A stretch of 63,312 bases of DNA, the filler included, from Octopus bimaculoides (lineage: Eukaryota): NCBI RefSeq assembly GCF_001194135.2. It is 6 parts of 6 records of this genome, joined end to end, with 100 filler letters (N's around TTAATTAATTAA, not from the genome) between each part and the next. Parts side by side here need not be neighbours in the genome. Positions count along the whole stretch, not along the records: positions 40,158 to 58,976 come from NC_068989.1; positions 59,077 to 60,163 come from NW_026374963.1; positions 60,264 to 61,342 come from NW_026321514.1; positions 61,443 to 63,312 come from NW_026315212.1; 2 more parts are not named here. One strand, written 5' to 3'. Each line of letters begins with the position of its first letter. Positions within the stretch are counted from its first letter, which is position 1. The notes under the pieces were generated by a model. The model saw only the letters and a list, made by a program, of their open reading frames with translations, ran no database searches and had not been told where the DNA came from. The translations under genes were made by a program, and so were the position numbers. This document shows positions 52,361-63,312 of this stretch, in pieces.

Positions 52361-53259
52361 CATGTAAAAGAATAAGAAATGAGCGTCTCGCTTGAGAGAG
52401 ACTTACCTACTATTTCTAGAATGTCCAGTACCGACTGAGATTCTCTTTCTAGACTTTTACGTGCAAGTGTAGGCCCATGCTATACAACGAAATGTTAAAC
52501 GAAGTGCAAATCCCCTAAGCTATATTCCCAACTGCGAAGAAAAAATAAAATACGGATTAACTCTTGTATGTTCTACTGCCAGACATCAAGGAGAGAATAT
52601 CAAAACAGAAGGCAAAGGGGGATAGCTAATAGATATAAGAAATACATCAAGGCATCTTGTTCGGTCCTCTACAATTACTGTCTGATCCTGGCTGTGTAAT
52701 AGTCGATACCCCTGCTCAAAACAACTCATAGATGTTGAAGGGGAGACATAGAAAAAAAAGATGTGTAGCGTACTTATTAATTATTCGAGGAAAGCGTCCA
52801 TCCATACAGGAGTGAGAGTGATTTTCACCAGACTGTAACAAGGTAAAGCAGACGGCTCCTATTTAGAGTCGTCTGCAATAATAAAGAAACAAGTGCAAAA
52901 AGTCTGTACAAACATGTATACAAATAGGTACACATGTATATATAAATATACACGAAAGCATGCGTACGCTTACACGGACTAAAATACACGTGAATAACCA
53001 GCAGATTAACATGCATCAACGTACACACACACGCGCACACTCATGCATGCATGCACGCAGGAAGACACGCACACACGCTCTTATATCTGTGTATGTATTT
53101 ATGTATGTATATATGTGTGCGTGTGTGTTTGTGTGCGTGTGTGTGTATGTGTGTGTGTGTGTGTGTGTATGGATAAATATCTCCGTATTTACACACTATA
53201 GTGAAATATTTATTCTGAACGCAACTCACATTGGAATACACACACACACGCACGCACAC

Positions 53260-53320
<61 letters not shown>

Positions 53321-54586
53321 CATACAGATATAGATAGATGGACAAATAGAAAATATTGCTAGACAGACAGACAGACAGACAGACAGATAGATAAAGACAG
53401 ATAGACAAAGCGCGCGTGTGAGTATGTGAGCGCACGTATTTTGCGTGTATGTGTGTGCGTGTGCGCGTGAAAGAGAGAGAGAAAGGGGGGAAGAGACGGG
53501 AGAGATATTGCAATTTATTAATTGAATACGACTGAGACAAACATTTTCTCCTCTCCTCTTACACATGAAGAGAAATATACTCACATACAGAAACATAAAG
53601 AGAGGAATAGAGGAAGAGTGGAAAAGAAAGAGTAAGACGTGAAAATGTCTGATGTCAAACAAGTCATCGTCGAATCAACGTCCCCCAAATAGGAGGTTCA
53701 AAACGCCCCATACCCAGCTGCTTTTGCTACACAGAAGAGGAGCAGCCATTCCCTGATAAAATCTAGAAACACTGGAAACTAATCGAAACGATTCCAATTC
53801 TTCGGCCCACGGCGATTAATATTAATACAATGATGTAACAACTTCTTTTATTCTTTCTCGTTATGCTAAAGTTCTATGATTATCATAAATGGTTTTCTTT
53901 ATATTGCGTTTCTAATTAATGTGTTAGTGAATATATGAGCCTAAAGTTCAGAGTTGATGCTACTATATATGTAATCATATATATATATATGCAACACGGA
54001 ATTTTGCGGCACAGAATTTTATCAGTGAACAGGTCGCGGTCAAAGCGATGAAAATATTTTGGCAAATTAAATTTAAATGTTGAAGTGAATCTAACGGTTT
54101 TTGTGTGTTTCTGAAATGGCTTATAAACGCCTTCCTCGCTGCAATCGTTTTCGTTCTAGCACACGATCTCAGATCAGGTCACTTGCTATGCAATCTAATA
54201 CACCGTTTTGTAGTACCGGTATATTCTATGAAGTGAGAAAGACGCAGTCATTGTTTCTTCTTTTACGTAAGTGAACGGATTTGAGGAGGTCTTCACAGTC
54301 ATTTTAAGACCAAAACCAGCTTCCTAGCTTCATTCCTTGCCTAGATATTGCATTCTGAAAGTCGCGAAACTTTGACTGCGTTTTTCTTGGTATAAATTGT
54401 GACTCTTAGGGCGTTCCGTTACTAAACGCCTCAATGCAACAACACCGAACATAGTCAATAAACTAGAAAAGAAATATAAAAATTTATTTTTTCTGTACAG
54501 CCCGATACCAAATGATCCATGGCTCGATGGTTAGAGACCCTGTCATGGAGAATTTGTAACTGACTGTCGTAGATAATAACACGAGC

Positions 54587-55039
54587 GGTAATCTTCCAGT
54601 TTAGGGAGGTAAAAAAAGTAAATAAAAATACAAGGGAAATAACTTAACGTCTTACTAGTTTTATCCGAACTACACTGAAATGTGTTTTTTTTTTTTAGCT
54701 GTTTATAAATAAATCACAAACGTGATTGAAGTTAACTGTTTATATATAAATCACACACGTGATTGAATATCATAGTACCGGCTGCACAACAACTTATGGT
54801 AACCTTCCAGTATAGGGAAATAACGGTCAAACTAATGCGTTTGACCCGAGCTCAAAAATAAAAAAATAAAAATTAGTGTAATAGGTGTAAAACAACTTGC
54901 TGTGACCGAATATGAAGAAAAAAATGCGCGCTCGCGAACGGGTTGGGTGGGGAGAGTACGGATAATACTAGTAAGACGTTAAGTTATTTCCCTTGTATTT
55001 TTATTTACTTTTTTTACCTCCCTAAACTGGAAGATTACC
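54587..55039. mobile_element. Mutator-like (MULE) MITE, 453 bp
   Basis: 81-bp near-perfect TIRs (54587-54667 / 54959-55039) starting GGTAATC; perfect 9-bp TSD AACACGAGC at 54578-54586 and 55040-55048. Confidence 0.88.
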
Positions 55040-55467
55040 AACACGAGCACCGTATTAAATAATGTTTTATATGTTTATAATGTTACAGTTATGTCTAAAG
55101 CAAGGTTCACTAGATTATTCGTTTCTGTCATTTACACCGTTTTTGATTCGTCTAGACAGGGATCATACTTAATCATGTGGGATGTTTACAAACTGATGGT
55201 GAGTTTTTACACCTTGTACCGCCAGGAGGAGTTTTCTTTGGAGCAATTCCAATTAATTATTTTTATTATCAACCCCAAAATATCATCCCCCTAAGTGCAC
55301 ACATATAGCGAAACATATGTTTTTCGAAGGGACCTCAGTTCAGTAGACTAAGTAGAAATATTTGGAGGTTCATCTGTTCATCTCTCCCATGGTGACCCTG
55401 TTTTTTTTCCTTTCTTTTGTTTTGGTTCTGTTCTATTATTGTTTTGTATTGAGGGGCGGAGGGTAGA

Positions 55468-55502
<35 letters not shown>

Positions 55503-55736
55503 AGATTAATGGGGTTGCAACAGTAAAGCCTAGACCAAGTGTGTTAGAGCGCATAGCATCGATATTATGGGTTTCAAGTTCAGAGTTCAAATCCGGTAAG
55601 GGTTTACTTTGCATCTCATCATGTAGAGATCGATAAAATAAAGAACCAGTCGAACACCGGAGTGGATGTAATCGATTTTCACCATCTCTTATAATTGCTG
55701 GTGTTGTGCCAAACTTCAAAACCATTAATGATAGTA

Positions 55737-55940
55737 AAGTAGTGACTTAGTAGAATCATTAGCACGCCGGATGAAATGCTTTGGAGAATTTCTTCCGGCT
55801 TTACGCTCTGAGTTCAAATTCCACCAAGGTCGACTTTGCCTTTCGTCCTTTCGGGGTCGATAAATTAAGTACCAGTGAAACTCTGGGATCGATGTATTCG
55901 ACTAGTCAATCTCCACCCACCTCCACTTCCAAATTTGAGT
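55737..55940 (+). mobile_element. SINE family B copy (preceded by a more decayed copy at ~55575-55723)
   Basis: GAATCATTAGCACGCCGGATGAAATGCTT..GAGTTCAAATTCCACCAAGGTCGACTTTGCC. Confidence 0.85.
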
Positions 55941-55967
55941 AGAAAGCATTATCATTATTATTATTAT

Positions 55968-56390
55968 TGAGTGAGAGAGCAGTGCATGCCATCAAAGTGA
56001 CACTGGGGTAAAATATACGAAGCCCATTATACCCATCATGACTACCCATCTGATAAGGTTACTCCAGGCACATGCATCACAACCATATGTACGCGACATG
56101 GTGATCTCATATCAAGATAAAAAGCACATGACCTCGCAGGTGGGGCCCAGTTAGAATTTTCTTCAGGTCGAGTAGCCCATCCCACTCAAAAGGTCCCTGA
56201 ATAAGGTTTGTTTAAGGATGTTGAACAAAACACCCATCTTTCTAAAGGTGAATTATTCAAACCCCAAAGAATTCCTCTCAACACATGGCTATGATGCTCC
56301 CCTACTACTTCTGCTCATGATCAGAGATGCACATAATGGTCATCCACCAAGGGACATGCTCAACTGTTTAAGGTCAAACAACTGACAAGC
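55968..56390 (-). mobile_element. Retroposon family C copy
   Basis: Collinear with 465-885; (TTA)n tail on the left. Confidence 0.85.
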
Positions 56391-56410
56391 ATTATTATTA
56401 TTATTATTAT

Positions 56411-56466
<56 letters not shown>

Positions 56467-56473
56467 TTATAAC

Positions 56474-56507
<34 letters not shown>

Positions 56508-56516
56508 GCTGTTGTT

Positions 56517-56730
56517 CAGTAGTTTTATTTTTATAGCGTGCTTTCACTTCACTACCGAGCGCAGCTCTGTGTGCCTTGGGTATGTGCTGTGGTTTGCTGT
56601 GATGCTCTTATGGTTACTGTATTGAAAGTGTTTTGCGTAGGATGTGTGCAGTGCCCAGTAGTGCAATTTTCCGTATGTTATATATATTTGTAAGTCCTGG
56701 TGTTTTTGTTATGTATTTGTCTGAATATTT
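56517..56730 (-). mobile_element. 3' end of an R4/NeSL-type (REL-endonuclease) LINE with (TAA)n tail
   Basis: Minus frame TPGLTNIYNIRKIALLGTAHILRKTLSIQ* matches the C-terminal QK.ALLGTA.ILR motif of REL-bearing non-LTR elements; short 3' UTR followed by a trinucleotide tail. Confidence 0.7.
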
Positions 56731-56877
56731 TTTTTTTAATTATTATCATTATTATTATTATTATTATTATTATTAATAATAATATTTTATGTTTGACTTT
56801 TGCTTTGCATTTGTACAAGTTGGATCCAAGTCTCACCCAGAGACCTCAAGAGACAAGTTAGAAGTTCATGTAGAAAT

Positions 56878-56913
<36 letters not shown>

Positions 56914-57539
56914 GTATTATCATCATCATCACCATTATTATTATTATTATTATTATCATCATCATCATCATCATCATTATCATCATCATCATCATCATCA
57001 TCATTATTATTTTTATCATCATTACTGTTATTATTAATATTCAATGGCAGAATGTACGCTTCACATTTTGTTGCGGAACACGAAATAGCAAACCAGTACG
57101 AGGACGCGACATGATCTGCACTCAACGCAACACCCAACACAGAGGTTAAAAAAAGTGTGAGCGTTCTGAATAACAAAATGGCATTAATTTCGCAAATCAT
57201 AGAGGAAGACTAGCTTGCAGCTCCGAAAGCTAACCAAGAACTTAGCTGTCAATGTTGCTATGCTTAGACAACAACTACTAATTAGCGGAACTATGTTAAC
57301 ATGTAAGACTTTTTTTTCTGTTTTTTAGGCTATACAAATCATAGTTAACGTATGGCGCCTCTCTCTCTCTCTCTCTGCAGAATTTCGTACATCTTTCGTC
57401 GTTGGGTTGTTTATTTTAAATTAATAACGAATAAAATTCTGAGACTTACTTTTATTAATATCATGGTGTCGAAGACAATAATGTATTTGCACGTATGAAT
57501 GCGTATGTGTATGGATATGTAGGTAGGTAGATAGGTAGG

Positions 57540-57625
<86 letters not shown>

Positions 57626-57665
57626 CATGGATAGATAGATGGATAGATAGATATATAGATAGATG

Positions 57666-57698
<33 letters not shown>
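57540..57698. repeat. (GATA)n microsatellite
   Basis: Direct. Confidence 0.95.
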
Positions 57699-57762
57699 GT
57701 TGGTAGGTAGGTAGATGGATGGATAGACAAATAGATAGGTAGGCACATACACACATGCGCGC

Positions 57763-57809
<47 letters not shown>

Positions 57810-58439
57810 GATATATATAAATATGTTAATATATGTATATATGTATATATGTATGTATGTGTATGCATGTATACACAAACATATGTGTGTGTGCGTGTGT
57901 TAGTGTATGCATGTATGTATATGTATGTATGTACTTACGTATGATGTATGTATGTACGTACGTACGTATGTATGCATGCATGCATGTATGTATGTATGTA
58001 CTCCGAACGAGCGACGAGGCGATAAAGAGACAGAGAATGGTGTGAGACGGATCGTGGGTGAGAGATATTTTTCAGTTGAAATGAAATTCCATCATGATTA
58101 TCAGCCTGTTGTTAGAGAAGCTTGACAATTTTATGCTTCCTCTCCATTGCTTACTTCTTCCCAAAGATTGACAGACAGATATACGAGGCAGACAAAAAAC
58201 GTCGTGCTCATATAGATGTAGTTTTCTGTCATATTTCGACTAGGCATCTTGATTGTTCCCGACTTTGACCCTCCATAAATCCCAAATTTTATTTTGGTAC
58301 TTATAGGAGCAACTGTCTTCGAAGACTCATATCCACGTTCAATGCTCGAAATGAGGAGTAGATAGACAGCCGACAACTGATGAAGGGTCGTTCATTATGT
58401 TACTTGTCCTGTTTTCCTTTTGTTTCTTTCAGTGGATAG

Positions 58440-58976
58440 AGGAAACTGTTCACAGGGGTTTGGGTGGCAGCAATTCCAGGCTCTTAAATGTTAAGATAAT
58501 GCCTGTAGCTGATTGGGTCGGGTAAAATCTGTTTTGACCCTTTGGGCTCAATCAGCCGAGGATCTTATTTTTCCTGAATTTTTGAAGATGACCGGGTCCA
58601 GGTACCCGGTGATACTTGAGAGATGCCTGGAGCCTGGCCATATCAGGAAGAACTGCCCTCAGGGCCGTGGTGAGGCCCTGGAGCACGAAAATGTGCATTG
58701 GAGGGGGAGACAGCGGAAGTTGTGGAGGAGGTTGACTCCACAAAAAGAAAAGAAAGCGGAAGAAGGTGAGCAACAATGGTTGCTCATCGAGGGATCCGCA
58801 GGTTGCGGGAAAGGAGGTCCTCACGGTTAAACCGATAGAGGCCCCTGCTCCCGCAACCCCAAAGAAAAGAAGAAAAAGGAAAAATGTACACGACCGGCGG
58901 ACGTTGATGCAGCGTCGGTGTGTCCCGATGCTTCATCGATGGGAAGGGTGCCACCGATGAGGCAGACTAAGCCCCC
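58440..58976 (+). mobile_element. Decayed LINE ORF1/gag-like fragment with zinc knuckle remnant
   Basis: EDLIFPEFLKMTGSRYPVILERCLEPGHIRKNCP (Cx4Hx4C, first Cys of CCHC lost), followed by a basic KKRRKRK tract; GC-richer than flanks; truncated by a gap. Confidence 0.55.
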
Positions 58977-59020
58977 NNNNNNNNNNNNNNNNNNNNNNNN
59001 NNNNNNNNNNNNNNNNNNNN

Positions 59021-59032
59021 TTAATTAATTAA
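59021..59032. other. Assembly linker TTAATTAATTAA
   Basis: 44N+12+44N geometry. Confidence 0.95.
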
Positions 59033-59076
59033 NNNNNNNNNNNNNNNNNNNNNNNNNNNNNNNNNNNNNNNNNNNN

Positions 59077-59116
<40 letters not shown>

Positions 59117-59121
<5 letters not shown>

Positions 59122-60128
59122 GACAACTTCAAAAAAATAGCATGGTCCACAGAGAGAGCTATTTTATCACCTCGGAATGAAAGCGGGGATAAAGTAATCC
59201 ACGAACTCCTCCACATTTCACCAGGAGATGCTTCAACGTTTGTCTCTATTGATATACCATCGATGAACATGCTACTGTTGACTATCCAGTTGAATTTCTC
59301 AACTCTCTACAACCCACATGACTTCCAACCCATTAGTTGTTTCTAAAGAAAGGTGCACCAATCATGCTCTTGAGGTATTTCGACCCACCACAACCATGCA
59401 ATGGTACAAGATTGACTGTAACTTCGATGACAAGTCATGTCCTACAAGCAACCATTATTGCCGTCTGTCATCGAAGAGAGATCGCATACATTCCACGCAT
59501 GCCTCTTATTTACTCAAATTTGTCATTTCAATTCAAACGCTCCCAGGTCCCTGTGCTTCGCTATGATAATCAACAAAGCCCAAGGTCAAGCTTTAAAAAT
59601 TCTGGGTCTCAATTTACAAATATCCTGCTTTTCTCATGGACCACTATATATCGCATGCTCTCGAGTTAGCAGTGCAGATGACTTGTATATTTATTCTATC
59701 AATACAAAGCTTACATAAAACATAGTTTACCCAGAAGCATTGCTGGTTTCACTTATGTTGAAGTGTGCAGTCTACCGAAACATTAGATATGATACTTTTC
59801 ACACTGAAGCAGCTTTCTTTCCATGTACCTTACTTTCTGCAATACGGATACTGCTACGTCCTCATACGTCATCCAATTCTTTAAATCCGTAAGTCTAGGT
59901 CATTCTGGGGGCAATATTAAGATTTCATTCTAATCTTAGCAGCCATTCTACATGTTTTTGATGTCAACAATTTTAGCATCGTTCATCACAAAATACGTAA
60001 AAACATGTTTATAAAGAAGAGTTGATTGCTTCACATTCCTCGTGTGCCGATTTGACCCATAAGAAAGAAACAAATAAGACAAAGTGATTGTAGGTCATAA
60101 CACCCGGGCAACGCCGGGAAGCATTGCT

Positions 60129-60130
<2 letters not shown>
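59117..60130 (+). mobile_element. Helitron 3' fragment: frameshifted Pif1-like helicase C-terminus plus intact 3' terminus
   Basis: ERAILSPRN, LKKGAPIMLLR, CNGTRL, IPRMPL, CFAMIINKAQGQ, FSHGPLYIACSRV and NIVYPEAL across three frames. Terminal hairpin CCCGG-GCAACG-CCGGG (60103-60118), CTAG end (60127-60130), next base T. Confidence 0.92.
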
Positions 60131-60163
<33 letters not shown>

Positions 60164-60207
60164 NNNNNNNNNNNNNNNNNNNNNNNNNNNNNNNNNNNNN
60201 NNNNNNN

Positions 60208-60219
60208 TTAATTAATTAA
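60208..60219. other. Assembly linker TTAATTAATTAA
   Basis: 44N+12+44N geometry. Confidence 0.95.
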
Positions 60220-60263
60220 NNNNNNNNNNNNNNNNNNNNNNNNNNNNNNNNNNNNNNNNNNNN

Positions 60264-60330
60264 CGGTGGTTCAGTGGTAGAATGCTCGCCTGCCACGCGG
60301 GCGGCCCGGGTTCGATTCCCGGCCGATGCA
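60264..60330 (+). tRNA. tRNA-Gly(GCC); first 4 nt hidden by the gap
   Basis: CGGTGGTTCAGTGGTAGAATGCTCGCCTGCCACGCGGGCGGCCCGGGTTCGATTCCCGGCCGATGCA: D arm, anticodon stem CTCGC/GCGGG with GCC, T loop GTTCGATTC, acceptor 3' strand CCGATGC-A. Confidence 0.93.
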
Positions 60331-60341
60331 ACTTTATTTTC

Positions 60342-60348
60342 TTTTTTT
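60342..60348 (+). terminator. RNA polymerase III terminator (T7 run)
   Basis: TTTTTTT 11 nt downstream of the tRNA 3' end. Confidence 0.7.
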
Positions 60349-60483
60349 AATTGCATTCTTTTTAATAGCTTTTTAAAAGTTGTCGTATTTCTGTAATTTC
60401 AAGCAATCAAATAAGATAAAAAAATATATACGTACCAATCCCTTTTAGATATATAGCAAATTACGTCAAAACTAATTGTGTGC

Positions 60484-60534
60484 GCATCGGTGGTTCAGTG
60501 GTAGAATGCTCGCCTGCCACGCGGGCGGCCCGGG
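60484..60534 (+). pseudogene. 3'-truncated tRNA-Gly(GCC) copy
   Basis: GCATCGGTGG...GGCCCGGG is identical to the first copy where they overlap, then stops abruptly before the T loop (no B box, no 3' acceptor strand). Confidence 0.85.
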
Positions 60535-61386
60535 AATACGGTTCTTAGAATTGGGGTATGAGCAGTTATAAAAACCCTGATTTTTGGGAAATTACTCAGT
60601 GTTCGCTAGGTTGTTACTAAACTCCACGAAACTCAATCTTTGAGATATTGGTAATTTGTTATGCCATGCCACTGATAAAAATCCAACAAGACTTATTTGA
60701 ATTGTTGTGAACTCTAGTAGTTAGTATGAAAGTGTGAATTTTAAGTCGTAATTCTCTACGACAAAATGACTTTACTTTCCAATTGTACTATAAATGCTAA
60801 ATGTATATGAATAAAATAATGTAGCAATTATTTTCTCTTTCTTTACGTTCTTCAACTTGTTAATGAAATTTATTTCTGCAATTATGAAACTGTGTTTTTT
60901 TTTTATAGCGGTTAAAAGAACAAGAATTTGTTTATCTTCAACATACATGCACGCATAAAATGTCCGTTAGCGTTTCAGAGTATATATTTCTCGCTATGGC
61001 GTTTATGTAACTGGAATCAGGATTTACATATAATGATAACGCTTATAAGTAAGTTATAAGTGACGGGTTTATCAATATATATTCCTACTTCAAAACTAAA
61101 ATATATTTATTATCTAATTCCAAATAGGAAACATATAAAAGTAGTGTTACACAAACGGTAACAAAACGCGGCTATAAAAAGTGGTAACCGGCTATAAAAA
61201 AAGGATTGAATATAATAGTTAAAATGGGGTTTGACGTGGTAGTGGTGGTGGTGGTGGTGATGGTGGTGGTGGTGGTGATGGTGGACGCAATATGGATGAC
61301 GAGTTGAGACAGATGTGATTTGCAGGTACATAAATGGATGTANNNNNNNNNNNNNNNNNNNNNNNNNNNNNNNNNNNNNNNNNNNN

Positions 61387-61398
61387 TTAATTAATTAA
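61387..61398. other. Assembly linker TTAATTAATTAA
   Basis: 44N+12+44N geometry. Confidence 0.95.
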
Positions 61399-61628
61399 NN
61401 NNNNNNNNNNNNNNNNNNNNNNNNNNNNNNNNNNNNNNNNNNAGACGATGGCGGTGGAAGATGCAGTGGGGAGGGTAAGAAGGGGAGAAACAGCGTCCAA
61501 CAACAGATTTGGTTTTTCTTGCTTCACACATGCATTGTACGATGCATGAATTTACGGGTTTTAGACACGCACGCACTCTCATGCACACACAGACACATAT
61601 ACAAGCACAAGTGTGCGTGTATGTATAG

Positions 61629-61665
<37 letters not shown>

Positions 61666-61796
61666 CACATATATGTGTGTGTGGGTGTGTGGGTGTATGT
61701 ATATGAACGTATATATGAGTACATTTGCACATACACACATATTTACTGACAGGGATGTATATGTGTATATATATATATTTATATCTATATATATAT

Positions 61797-61846
<50 letters not shown>

Positions 61847-63312
61847 ATATACGCAAATATATATATATATNNNNNNNNNNNNNNNNNNNNNNNNNNNNNN
61901 NNNNNNNNNNNNNNNNNNNNNNNNNNNNNNNNNNNNNNNNNNNNNNNNNNNNNNNNNNNNNNNNNNNNNNNNNNNNNNNNNNNNNNNNNNNNNNNNNNNN
62001 NNNNNNNNNNNNNNNNNNNNNNNNNNNNNNNNNNNNNNNNNNNNNNNNNNNNNNNNNNNNNNNNNNNNNNNNNNNNNNNNNNNNNNNNNNNNNNNNNNNN
62101 NNNNNNNNNNNNNNNNNNNNNNNNNNNNNNNNNNNNNNNNNNNNNNNNNNNNNNNNNNNNNNNNNNNNNNNNNNNNNNNNNNNNNNNNNNNNNNNNNNNN
62201 NNNNNNNNNNNNNNNNNNNNNNNNNNNNNNNNNNNNNNNNNNNNNNNNNNNNNNNNNNNNNNNNNNNNNNNNNNNNNNNNNNNNNNNNNNNNNNNNNNNN
62301 NNNNNNNNNNNNNNNNNNNNNNNNNNNNNNNNNNNNNNNNNNNNNNNNNNNNNNNNNNNNNNNNNNNNNNNNNNNNNNNNNNNNNNNNNNNNNNNNNNNN
62401 NNNNNNNNNNNNNNNNNNNNNNNNNNNNNNNNNNNNNNNNNNNNNNNNNNNNNNNNNNNNNNNNNNNNNNNNNNNNNNNNNNNNNNNNNNNNNNNNNNNN
62501 NNNNNNNNNNNNNNNNNNNNNNNNNNNNNNNNNNNNNNNNNNNNNNNNNNNNNNNNNNNNNNNNNNNNNNNNNNNNNNNNNNNNNNNNNNNNNNNNNNNN
62601 NNNNNNNNNNNNNNNNNNNNNNNNNNNNNNNNNNNNNNNNNNNNNNNNNNNNNATATATATTGCACCAGCATGACCGCAGCCACTTGGCTGAAACACATA
62701 AATAAAAATTAAATAAATAAATATATATATACAGAATTATAATAACCACTTCTGTGCATTGCATGTACAGAGAGAGATTGATACAAAACTCTTAATACAT
62801 ACACACAGACACACGTATGTTTGTAGTGGTATGTGTGTGTGCGTGTGTGTGTGTGTGTGTGTGTATACGAATATACAAAGAGGGAAAGTGGGAGAGATAG
62901 AGGAGTGTAGATATAGAGGGGGTGGGTATGATGTAGTTGACGTAATGAGGGAGTGGTTTGTAGTGGTGATGGGGAGAGGTGGGTGGTGGTGGTGGTAATA
63001 TGAGGGATGTTGGTGGTGGAGGAGAAAGAGAGAGAAAGAGAGAGAGTGAGGGAGAGAGGCGGAAGGAAGGAATAGGAAGAGGAGGAGGAAGAAGAGAGAA
63101 AGAGGTGTGGAAGCAGGAGGGTGAGGTAGGGAAGAAGAGAAGGGGGGAGGAAGTGAGCGGAAGAGGAGATAGAGAGGGGGAGCATGTGGAAAAGGGGAGG
63201 AAAAGAGGTAGGAGGTGGTGGCAGAAAGAGGAGAGAGAGAGACGGAGATGCTGCTGTAGAGATATGAGAAGAGGATGACGGTGGTGGCGCTGGTAGTAGT
63301 CGATGAACTGGG

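Noticed and set aside
52407-52479. Minus-strand exon candidate HGPTLARKSLERESQSVLDILEIV with AG|GTAAGT donor
   Set aside because: The sequence resembles the dispersed repeat also seen at ~22960-23000 (..CTAGAAATAG/TAGAAATAA..), so the splice signals are probably incidental.
54541-54550. TGTCATGGAG match to the start of miR-281
   Set aside because: Only 10 nt match and there is no precursor hairpin.
58155-58376. 222-nt open minus-strand segment with GAA|GTAAGC donor
   Set aside because: Weak acceptor, no recognisable homology, and adjacent to TE debris.
58951-58976. CCGATGA-GGC-AGACTAA-GCC, hammerhead-like
   Set aside because: U4 is absent and GAAA is missing before the gap.

Overview
Eukaryotic, AT-rich, repeat-saturated draft sequence with many N gaps. 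Five 100-bp gaps carry an artificial TTAATTAATTAA linker. The SINE families and the microsatellite load fit a coleoid cephalopod such as Octopus; this is inference from recognition, not a database result. I recognise no intact protein-coding gene. Nearly all ORFs in the supplied track are microsatellite or N-gap artefacts. Supported content: at least four retroposon/SINE families in many copies; fossil DNA transposons (mariner transposase and MITE, two Tigger/pogo fragments, hAT MITE, a Mutator-like MITE with perfect 9-bp TSD, a Helitron helicase fragment with intact 3' end); a GC-rich Penelope-like RT fragment; fragments of LINE ORF1 and an R4/NeSL-type LINE; one tRNA-Gly(GCC) gene with a truncated neighbour; and a few weak candidate exons. 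The most interesting signal is a near-canonical hammerhead ribozyme fold at 37626-37700 in a non-coding repeat. Three decayed minimal hammerhead-like motifs of the Penelope-terminus type lie at 25978, 30473 and 36159. Also notable are a pre-miRNA-sized hairpin (31557-31621), a ~280-bp foldback (39357-39640) and a five-CCAAT module (46755-46973). All calls are by eye; none has been checked against databases.
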